A stretch of 63,022 bases of DNA, filler included. It is 12 parts of 12 records of this genome, joined end to end, with 100 filler letters (N's around TTAATTAATTAA, not from the genome) between each part and the next. Parts side by side here need not be neighbours in the genome. Positions count along the whole stretch, not along the records: positions 18,703 to 25,150 come from SRR15195285_3710; positions 25,251 to 30,295 come from SRR15195285_3714; positions 30,396 to 36,282 come from SRR15195285_3715; 9 more parts are not named here. One strand, given 5' to 3'. Below are positions 21,262-30,476 of the stretch, in pieces. The position numbers and the translations under genes are program-made. The notes beneath the pieces were generated by a model. The model did not search any database and was not told the DNA's origin. It saw only the letters and a list, made by a program, of their open reading frames with translations. Within the stretch, counting starts at the first letter, position 1; each line of letters begins with the position of its first letter.

Positions 21262-21966
21262 ATGGCGGCGCCGACGATCCGCACGCGGAAGTTCCTGACC
21301 AACCGGCTGATGGGCCGCAAGCAGTTCGTGAGTGGCGGGTTGTGGTTGCGCGAGGGGGGGCAGGGGGAGGGGGAGGGGGGCAGTGAGGACGGAGCGCCGC
21401 CGAGCGGCTGCGCGGGGGGAGCCGCTGCGGGGGCCTGCGGGGGAGGAGGGGGGGCGGCAGTGGACGAGCGCCTCGCCCGCGCGCCTGCGCCATTCCATGC
21501 CTCTCAAGTCCGTGCCCCCTGAGTCCGAGGGTCACGCGCCAGGGAAGGTCGCAGCGGACGAGTGCCCCGCCCACCCGCCGGGCCCACCGTGTCTCTCAAG
21601 CCCCTGCCTTCCAAGCCCGGAGCTCACGCGCCGTGCTTGCTGCAGGTCATCGACGTCCTGCACCCGGGCCGCGCCAACGTGCCGCACGCTGAGATCCAGA
21701 AGGAGCTCGCGGAGAAGTACCGGGCGAAGGGCAACTGCGTGTTCACCTTCGGCATGAAGACCGCGTTCGGTGGCGGCAAGAGCACCGGGTTTGGCCTTGT
21801 GTACGACAACGAGGCGAAGGCGATGGCCATGGAGGCCAGGTATCGGTTAGTCCGCAACGGCCTGAAGGAGGCCAAGCCAGGCGGAATGAAATCGAAGAAG
21901 GAGAAGAAGAACCGGATGAAGAAGCTGCGGGGTATTGCGAAGGCAGGTGGAGCAGCGGCCAAGTAA
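21262..21966 (+). CDS. RPS24: 40S ribosomal protein S24 (eS24); intron 21328-21645
   Basis: TIRTRKFLTNRLMGRKQF|VIDVLHPGRANV..TAFGGGKSTGFGLVYD..KNRMKKLRG. Confidence 0.97.
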
Positions 21967-22293
21967 ACCGGAAAGTCCTCTCAAACTGTGCCACGGTACC
22001 GCCTCCTCCGCGTTTCGGGCGTCATCTTTACGGGGCACAGTCAGGCAGCGCCGACAGCGGGCAGGGCGCAAGCGGTCTAGCGAGGCACTGGCGTGTGGCG
22101 GGCGAGCCGAGGAACGCCGCGCCCCTGGGTGGGTTGAGCGGGGGTGCTTCCAGCAGTGGGGTCAGCCCGGGCGTGTGTGGGCGGGTTGGTATCTCTGGGC
22201 TGGGGCCTGCGTCTGGGGCTGATCTCGACAGTAGTAGAGGGGTGCCTGCAGGGAGGAAGCAGTGCTGGTGGGGCGCGTGCCGTTTTGCGGGGT

Positions 22294-24936
22294 TCACTCA
22301 CACTCACTCGCTCTAGGTAGCATCTCCAGGATTGCGTCGTTGACCATAGCAACCATACCTACCCTGGTCTGAGCCCAAGCCGCGTGCTCGTGGCCGTGCT
22401 CAGCGCTCAGCCTCCCAAGCGCAGCCTGTAGTGCTTCCAGGCGCAGCTGCAGAGGCAAAGCCACCTCCTCCCGAAGTGCACGTTGATAGTTGCTGTCCCG
22501 AACTCCTGTCCGTCCGCCTACATCGTCTGCGTTGGCCGAGTGGTCTCGAATCAGCACGAATCGCAGCAGATTTAGGCAGGAAAGTAGCACATCAGCTTGC
22601 TCGACAAGCCGAGAGCTCGTCAAGTCAGCGGCTTGGCCGCGCAAATCTTCCGCTGATGCGCTGACCGGAGCTGGTTGGTGGTATAACTCCCCGAGTCCGC
22701 CAGTAGCACAGGCCGCCTTACACAGCGCCAAGACCTCCAGCACTCGAGTTGTGCCGAATGGATTTGGCGTACTCGTATCAGATTCTGCACCTGAAGGGGC
22801 ACCGAGGGCACTCGCCGTCTCATCTTTGATGCCGTGTAGAATGAAAGATGCGACAGCAGGCGGAGGTGGCGATGACCAGAAGCGCCGCGGCTCTGCAGCA
22901 AGAAGTGACCGCAGCAACCAGAATCGAGTGCAAGGAGTGCAGAGCTGGATGATGCCACGGAGCATTCCTCCCGCTTCGTTGCGTACCTGCCAATGACAGA
23001 AAATGTCACAGTGTCAAGTCAGAACTACACTACCATCAATCGGGGCTGCATCTGAGCGTGGCCTCTGCAAGGTGGTATCTGCTGGCGACGAACCGCATCC
23101 TCTGGTGTTTGCGCCATGAACTGTAGCAGTGCCTGTCCAATGCCGAGCAGCAGGCATGCACGACCTGCTGATTCCGCAACATCCAGCGTAGCCTCACACC
23201 CATGAAGCACACTGACCGCAAGACCCAGCCGCTGGAGTGCTCGGAGAACCCACGGTCGATCAACACCGACGGCGGGCTGCCGAAGGATATGAGCAAGTAG
23301 TGGGCCTTCTAGCCAAAGTCGTCCGGTCGCCGAAAGCAGTAATGGCTGCGCAGCAGCAAGCGGCCTACACGCTGGCTCTGTATCTAAGTCGGCATCGGCA
23401 GGAGAGGGCATCGCAAAACACGCGTATGCGAGCAGCCCACGCCATGTCTCGGTCTCAGTCCAGCCTTGGTGTGCCCACTCCACCCACTCGGACGACCCCC
23501 CCAGCTCAAGCCCCCGAAGCCGGATCATCGCACGCCCCCGTACTCCTGCATCATTTTGCACTCCATTGGAACAGTCGTGGTCATTCTCATAGGTGCCGAA
23601 GTCGTGCAGCAGGTCTGAGATGGACAACTGGCAAGCTGTCGTTGCTGAAAGGATAAGCTGAGCCACAGGTGACGCTGCAGCCTCGCATGTGCCCTCGCCC
23701 TGTGCTCCTGCAACCACAAATAGCACCTTAGGATTGGCGTCAAGGGTGTGAGCACGACACGTCGACTGTAGATGTACGTTCGTACCGAGCAATCCAAGGC
23801 AGAACCGGACCAGAAGGTACCGAACCAAGTGGACTTCGTCGTCCGATGCTGACAATTCCACAGAGCTCCCACCGACCGCACCGGCTGTTTGCTGTTCGAA
23901 TTGCAGACCTACTGCATTGGCGTGCACAGCAGCCTCTTTCACAAAGTCAACTAGGGCTGTCAGCGCACTTGCTGCGTGCAGCTGCAACACATCGGCATCC
24001 AACCCGTTCGAATCGGCGGACGGCTCTGGCTCTAATTTAGCGAGGCCATCGTTGTTAGCAGCGCCTTCGTCTTGCACGATCGCTCGGTAACAAGACAAAA
24101 GGACAGGCAGACAACTAGGATATTTTCGCGAGAGGTCAGCGTTTCTGCCGCCGCGTTCAGCCATCCGATGGTGTACGATCGACAGCACCGGGGCTACCGC
24201 AATCACGCTGAGCCACCACACACGCACCGAGTTGGCGCTGCCTACTGGCATCACATACTGACACGCCTGCGCAAAACCAGAGCAGACTTACCTGCTGCGG
24301 ACAGCGGCTAGATTGCCAAGCGCTGTTGCTCGCTCAAGCACCTCCACTGCGAGGAGTGAGATCTCGCGCGCTGAGCATACCCGAGCCATTTGCGCCATGC
24401 ACTGCGCGCGGGCCCAGTGAGATCAGACACGGTCAGCGCCAATTCGCAGCAACACCGCACGCGACCATTGGTCACTAAGCGTGATGCACACCTGTGCCGC
24501 AAGTCCTGCGCCCTCCGATCCTGCTCCCACGACAGGTAGGAATCGTGCCACCGTCGGGAACAGTTCGAAAGAAAAATGGTCCGCCACCTGAGGCCGCATC
24601 CATTAGCAGAGCACACAGCGTCGGGCGGAAGCTGTCCTCGAGGGGCTCGGTACCTGGTCGGAGCCGGGTTGCTCGAGCAGGCTCGACAGCGCGCGCAAGA
24701 ACTCAGTGGCCGCATGCGGATCACCACGCTGAGGCAGCTGCGAAAGCTCATCGAGTGGCGCCACGAGCTCCGCGGGAGCCTCGGCCAGGCCCGCGTTTGC
24801 CGCCTGCCGCAATCGACGCGCAGCGGCGATGAGAGACGTGGTGCTGCACGCTCAGTGAGTAGCAAGGGCGCACCGATGCCGCGGCAACACGCCATGCGGC
24901 GCTCAGTGCCGCCACCGAGGCAGCAGTCGACCCCAT
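22294..24936 (-). CDS. Glomulin/ALF4/YBP1-family protein, multi-exon
   Basis: N-terminal CSAREISLLAVEVL and C-terminal LLSCLNLLRFVLIRD..TGV match family motifs; start 24936 inferred from splicing. Confidence 0.7.
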
Positions 24937-26087
24937 CTCTCTCGCACGAACGCTGCGATCCGACGGGGCGCGCGTCCGTCACGCAGTCCCGCAGTCTGGA
25001 GGGTCCGTCGCGTTTATCGCGAGCGCGTCCACCGTCCGAGCGTCCGTTCGGTGGCTGGGTCGTGGGCTGGGTCATGCATACTACTTACTAGTATGGGCTG
25101 GGTCAGAGGGTGTCGACTGGAAATGAATAAATTCATAACTTTGTACGAAANNNNNNNNNNNNNNNNNNNNNNNNNNNNNNNNNNNNNNNNNNNNTTAATT
25201 AATTAANNNNNNNNNNNNNNNNNNNNNNNNNNNNNNNNNNNNNNNNNNNNCGCAGCTGGGGTCGCTGTGGGCCCGTGGTGTTAGTGGGTGCCTGCCACAG
25301 TAGCGGTTTGGCTATAGTCGCGGGGGGGGGGCGGTGCTGTAGGCAGCCATCTGCGGTGGTGCGGCCGCCGACTTGTGCTGGGGCCTTAGGAGATAGGGGG
25401 GTCAGGCAGCAGGGTGGTGCCCCAGAGCCGCAGATCAAGAGCTTGCTGCCGGTTTCGGGGCTAGAGGGCTTAGTATTGAGTAGGAGGGTGTGGCCAGCTG
25501 TCTCAGCGGGTCAGCTGGGGCCTGTAGTGGCTGGTGGGTGGGGTGTGCTCGCCTGTTTACATGATCAGACATTTTAAGTCAGATCAATGACGTCTGTTGT
25601 GGCCGTGGTCATGGACGGTGGTACGTAGCCTGGACCTCTGTTGAACGTGCTTGCAGACCGGTTCTCACCACGTCTACGGGGCGTCTGTGGCACGTCAGTG
25701 GCAACAGTCCGTGGCCTTGCGGATGCCTCTGCTCGACTGAGCCGTCCCAATGCGACCTGGGAGACACCGTCCGTCACATACGGATCCTCTCGTGGCAGTG
25801 GGTCGGAGCGCAACAGATCTGGCCGGGACGCGAGCGTGTCCGCAAGCATGGCAAACTCCTCGACGCTTGGCTGTATAGTCAGTCTCTGGCAATCGCGCGC
25901 GCTTCATTTTCTATGGTCAGCCAAAAAATTAGAGATCATGTACCGGTACCGAGTACATGTACTGTACCGGTACCAGTATTTCAATTTCTGAAATCTCCGT
26001 ATTTTGTTGACTCTGAAAGGAAAGGCCTCAAGGTCCGAAAGCCCGAAGGCCCGAACGTATACCCTACTAGATACCAATACCGGTACA

Positions 26088-26594
26088 TCATAGGACTTCC
26101 ACGAAAAGATCCTGGCTCTGCTCTAACCGATCCAGCGTAATCTGTAGGTGCTGGTCCTTGATGACGAGTTCGACGCGCGAGAGAATGGTATTTTCCCGAA
26201 TTTCGAGGTAGTTGTTTGTGAAGTCCTCGACGGTGGCAACCGGCGAGCTCGGGTTGTTCTTGTTCACGCCAGCTTCAATTGCTGCGCGAGCAATGCCTTG
26301 TTGAAGCGCGTCGAGCGACGCGTAAAGACCCGGCTCGACTGTGAGAGTGAAGCCGACCTGATCCGTGCCTGGTGGTCCGGCACCCTCGTAGAATAGCTCA
26401 ATTTTGTTGTTGCTGGCCGTCACGTTGGGAAATGCGTACACGCACGATGCTGACTGAACGAAAATGCGTGTGTTTTTCGCGTTAGGAGGGATCTTGGTCG
26501 GCGGATCGAGCTTCACATCGAAGGCATGGCCAGTGACGCTACGATTGGCTCCGCGGCCACTGTTCAGGAAGAAGGGGAGCTGAACCGTCGTCAT
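26088..26594 (-). CDS. PLV/virophage-type minor capsid (penton) protein, C-terminally truncated
   Basis: FDVKLDPPTKIP..VQSASCVYAFPNVTASNNKI..TLTVEPGLYASLDALQQGI matches the Polinton/PLV penton pattern L.PP..IP..AS..Y..PN....NN..T+..G.Y..L...I; start context AATAAATG. Confidence 0.78.
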   Translation of the reverse strand: MTTVQLPFFLNSGRGANRSVTGHAFDVKLDPPTKIPPNAKNTRIFVQSASCVYAFPNVTASNNKIELFYEGAGPPGTDQVGFTLTVEPGLYASLDALQQGIARAAIEAGVNKNNPSSPVATVEDFTNNYLEIRENTILSRVELVIKDQHLQITLDRLEQSQDLFVEVL

Positions 26595-26624
26595 TTATTG
26601 GGACGACTAGAATCTTTGCACGGC

Positions 26625-27332
26625 TCACACGACCTCTTCAACTTTCACGGATGTCGGCATGAAACTCGAATCATCGTCGTAAGTGGCTTCCCACACTTGC
26701 TGCCCGAGGCAGAAAACGAGGAGCTCGGTGTTGCCGCTCGTACCGGTGCCTCCGAAAGTCAGGCGAGTGGTAAGGTTCTGGGCCACGGAATCGCGGTTGC
26801 CCATAATTCTGAATGCCAGCAACATATCGTCTTCGAATTCGGACAGGTTCTGCGCGCCGGCAGTGTTGCCGATAGAACCCTTGAGGAAGTTCTGCCATTC
26901 GCTCCATGGCCTTATGATTCTGCCCTGTTTTGCGTCGATTTGGAAGGCTGGCTGGGGCAAAACTTGGCCTGCTAGCGTGATACTGGCGCTCGTGATGCGG
27001 CCATTGCCATCGCCGTCGTGACCAAGCTTGCCGGCGGTCTGGCCAAGCAACTCTCGGTTCTGCGCGAGCGAAGGCGTGCCTCCCTCGCGAAGACCAATGA
27101 TGATTCGAGTCGTGTTGACGGGGATCGTAAACTGTTGTGTCAGATTCGTTGTGCCGTTGTCGAGCTGTTTCGTGAGCAAAGTGATATATGCTTGCCCAGT
27201 GGCGACTCTTTGCATTGATTGAAAGCCGCCGTCAACTGTTTTTGGGTCAGATTCATACCTCTGGCCAGATAGCCCCAACTCGAACGATCTGCAGGTGGCC
27301 ACACGATATGCGTTGTACAACACCGACGCCAT
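26625..27332 (-). CDS. PLV-type major capsid protein, C-terminal jelly-roll only
   Basis: QQFTIPVNTTRIIIGLR..ITLAGQVLPQP..GAQNLSEF..LLAFRI..LTTRLTF..ELLVF resembles the second jelly-roll of PLV MCPs; first ~45 aa may be non-viral. Confidence 0.65.
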   Translation of the reverse strand: MASVLYNAYRVATCRSFELGLSGQRYESDPKTVDGGFQSMQRVATGQAYITLLTKQLDNGTTNLTQQFTIPVNTTRIIIGLREGGTPSLAQNRELLGQTAGKLGHDGDGNGRITSASITLAGQVLPQPAFQIDAKQGRIIRPWSEWQNFLKGSIGNTAGAQNLSEFEDDMLLAFRIMGNRDSVAQNLTTRLTFGGTGTSGNTELLVFCLGQQVWEATYDDDSSFMPTSVKVEEVV

Positions 27333-27408
27333 TTCGGTGCAAGGTTGGTATGCGCGTGGCAGGTAATCAAACAGAGTATACCGAGGTGACTACAGCACGT
27401 TCTCAGCA

Positions 27409-30294
27409 TCATCTCCATGTTCTTTTTCTCGACCTTGTCCATATCTCGCCATCACTGTCATCATCATCGTCATCGTCGTCAATGTCAGCGTCATCCATCG
27501 TCACGGCATGAAGCATCGGATTGGCGAACGTGGCTTGTACCGTGTTGCCTTTCTTGGCCTTCTTACCCTTCTGGACCTTCTTGCCCGTCTTCCTCGCCGT
27601 CTCGCCTCCCTCGCCCTCCTCCTCATCATCAGTGCCATCGGCGGCTTGCTCCTCCGACATGCCCGTGCCTTGCGCACGCACGTCTTGCACACTCATACCC
27701 AAGACATAGATCGTCACCGGTAAGATTGCGACAGTCAGCAACACCTGGCTAGTTCCGTAGTCGTCGATTGTCAACAGCTCCGCCGCAATCTGGTCACCCT
27801 TTTGATGCGTCTGCAGGACCACGCACGTCAGCAAAATCCCATAGATTTGGAACTCGGAGCATATCTTTATTGCGTTCAGCCGCGCCGTGTTGAAAGGCTG
27901 CGCGTGGAAGCTGAGCGCGAAGAACATGAACGAGATCAGGGTAGCGAGCACTGTCTGCGAAATGGAGCCACGCTGGAAGACACTGATCAGCCCAGAGAGG
28001 ATCAGCTTGCGGAAGAGCTCAACACACTCCCAGTACCAGTGGGAGGCTTTGTAGTCACCAAGCACAAAATCAAACTTTTGCACCGTGTCGGGATCCCCGG
28101 CCTGAATGAGCTCTCGCTCCTTCCACATCATGAACAGCAATCCGGACGGTAGCCCGATTGGCCACAGCACAACCAGTACAGCGCACGAGATCCATATCAG
28201 GGTGTACGTCTCTGATTCGCACTCGACACTGTAGTCTACAGTTAGGACAGACGACGTCAGTCCGATGGAACGGCAACTGAATCCTTCGAATATCTTGTTG
28301 GTTACCGCAGGATACAACAAGAAGACTAGCAGGAACAATCGTCCTGTCGCACCGTCGCGGATGTTTGCCCTGGCTACCCGCTTGACCAGTGCCTGCAGCC
28401 CACCGTCCATCGCACTGTCGCCGTGCTGACTGACAGCGGCATGAAACTCCCCAAAGTCGATCGAGCCTCCGCCGTCCGTGTCGGCCTTGTCGAACAGACT
28501 CTGGACCTGCGCGTCGTCGGCCTCTGGATTGATCTTGCGGACGACCTCGCGCATCTCGACTATCGTGATTCCCTTGCCGTCTGCATCGAACTGGTCGAAC
28601 AGCTCCTTCAAATGTTGTCGGTGCAGACCCTCGCCGTCGTCAACACCAAAGTCCTCGTGATCCGACTGCCTGACCTCCCACAGATACACGAGCCCGACTG
28701 AAATTGAGATGAGAACGACGAGGGATATATTTATGACCAAGGAAGACACGTAGCTGCCGCTGGAGACACAGCCTAAGCTGAATAGCTCCACAATGTCGAA
28801 CCGGAACCACGACCCGACCAGGTCGATGAAATCAGTAAACACGGTGGGGAGAGTTATTGAGAGCACCGCGGCGAGGTTTCCGACGATTTGCATCGTCGAA
28901 CAGATCTGCTTCGCGATAGCCTTAAGCTCCAACTCCTGCGCGAGCGCAAATATCTCTTGAAGAATGACGAAGTAGTTGTACCACATGGACGTTTTTCTGG
29001 CGAGCACCACGATGACGAAGATGGCGAGGAATCCTATGATCATTCCACCGAATGACGACGTAGACTCATTACATGCTTCACATGCACCGTCCCGAGTTAG
29101 CGCGAATCCATCCGAGTGGCAAGAGCCGCAGAGTGGATAGGTGTAGCCAGCCGTACAAGCGGTGTCATTGCCGCTTGCCACTACACCTCCAGGACAGGAT
29201 TCCCCGTACCTGCACGCAAAGATGGAGACGCTGCTATCACGGCTCTGCACCGGCGCCCAGCCTGGCGCAACTGAGACCCAGCCCTCGTGACAATCGTCGA
29301 TGCACTCGAGGCCAGACGCACCAATCCCACATGGCATGCATTCATAAGCTGACGTGATCGTGGTGGTATCTTGACCGCTGAACTCTCCACTGAAGCAAGA
29401 TGGTTTGATGGAAGTGAATCTGTAGTGATGATCCTTGCAGACGCAGCGAGAACGATCGGCGCTGGCAATTTCGTTGTATGGGCACACAACACAGGCGGTC
29501 CTTGTCTCGTCCGGAACGCTGTCGTACTCACACACCTCGCACTCGATCTCGCCTGGTTTTCGCACCATCCCTACATCGCAGACGAAGGAGAAGGATGGAG
29601 CCACAGCAGGGTTGATGGAACCCGTTACTGCGCCTGTCCGCAGTGCACTTGTCGGGTCACTAAGTTGTCGCGTGAGTTCAAGTAGCGCTTCGGTAGTGTT
29701 CGGCGATCGAATTACGAAATCAAATTCTGCCACTACCACCTCCTGCAGGCGGCGGCGGCCGTCCAATGCCAGTCTGCGCAGACCATCGACGCTTACTTCA
29801 TTTGCAGAGAGGCCCATGGCTTCTGCGAGCTCGGCAGTGAGCTCTGCGAGCAGAGTGGCGCGTGTGCTGCTTCCTTCTACCGTAGCTTCTTCTTCTACCT
29901 GCATCTGTATCGTAATCTGTACAATGGCATTGACGCCAGACTCGACAATATCTTGCACTACCATCGGATCCGTCATTGGACTAGCACCGACATCGACACA
30001 CACAATCTTGTCGCTGTTGGCGGCAGTACCAAAGGCACACTGCTCGCATTCTCGGCCCGTAGATACACGGTTGCCGGAACATGTCTCGCACATTGATCTA
30101 TTTTCCGAAGGCATAGACCCTGGACCGCAGCTCCGGCAGAGCGATTGATCAACATTGGTAACCTCGCCTTGGCCAGAGCACATGGTGCACACAGAACCGT
30201 CAGCACTAGCGCTGCCAGTTGCGCACCTACCACAGCCTACAAGGGCGGCTGAACCAGTAGCCATGGAGGGCTCGTACCCTGGCTCACAGTCCAC
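27409..30294 (-). CDS. Cys-rich ectodomain multi-pass membrane protein with cytosolic EF-hand pair, 5'-truncated
   Basis: CxxC repeats, RRRL/SEA-like segment, CTAGYTYPLCGSC, several TM helices, EF loops DADGKGITIVE and DTDGGGSIDFGE, YWECVELFRKLIL. Confidence 0.8.
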   Translation of the reverse strand: MDCEPGYEPSMATGSAALVGCGRCATGSASADGSVCTMCSGQGEVTNVDQSLCRSCGPGSMPSENRSMCETCSGNRVSTGRECEQCAFGTAANSDKIVCVDVGASPMTDPMVVQDIVESGVNAIVQITIQMQVEEEATVEGSSTRATLLAELTAELAEAMGLSANEVSVDGLRRLALDGRRRLQEVVVAEFDFVIRSPNTTEALLELTRQLSDPTSALRTGAVTGSINPAVAPSFSFVCDVGMVRKPGEIECEVCEYDSVPDETRTACVVCPYNEIASADRSRCVCKDHHYRFTSIKPSCFSGEFSGQDTTTITSAYECMPCGIGASGLECIDDCHEGWVSVAPGWAPVQSRDSSVSIFACRYGESCPGGVVASGNDTACTAGYTYPLCGSCHSDGFALTRDGACEACNESTSSFGGMIIGFLAIFVIVVLARKTSMWYNYFVILQEIFALAQELELKAIAKQICSTMQIVGNLAAVLSITLPTVFTDFIDLVGSWFRFDIVELFSLGCVSSGSYVSSLVINISLVVLISISVGLVYLWEVRQSDHEDFGVDDGEGLHRQHLKELFDQFDADGKGITIVEMREVVRKINPEADDAQVQSLFDKADTDGGGSIDFGEFHAAVSQHGDSAMDGGLQALVKRVARANIRDGATGRLFLLVFLLYPAVTNKIFEGFSCRSIGLTSSVLTVDYSVECESETYTLIWISCAVLVVLWPIGLPSGLLFMMWKERELIQAGDPDTVQKFDFVLGDYKASHWYWECVELFRKLILSGLISVFQRGSISQTVLATLISFMFFALSFHAQPFNTARLNAIKICSEFQIYGILLTCVVLQTHQKGDQIAAELLTIDDYGTSQVLLTVAILPVTIYVLGMSVQDVRAQGTGMSEEQAADGTDDEEEGEGGETARKTGKKVQKGKKAKKGNTVQATFANPMLHAVTMDDADIDDDDDDDDSDGEIWTRSRKRTWR

Positions 30295-30476
30295 GNNNNN
30301 NNNNNNNNNNNNNNNNNNNNNNNNNNNNNNNNNNNNNNNTTAATTAATTAANNNNNNNNNNNNNNNNNNNNNNNNNNNNNNNNNNNNNNNNNNNNAGGAG
30401 GGTTTAGTGGAACTGACTTTGCGGTTTCTGGAACCGTTGAGGATATAGAGTCGTACTAGCGAGTACACACCGCGCG

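Larger units (their letters stand above)
26088..27332 (-). mobile_element. Endogenous viral element: fragment of a Polinton-like virus capsid module
   Basis: Two tandem intronless beta-rich ORFs 30 bp apart, wedged behind the stop of a host gene; MCP-then-penton order. Confidence 0.75.

Noticed and set aside
25574-25907. Short minus-strand ORFs next to the capsid fragment (one ending VIDLT)
   Set aside because: No viral or cellular motif; cannot be assigned to the element.
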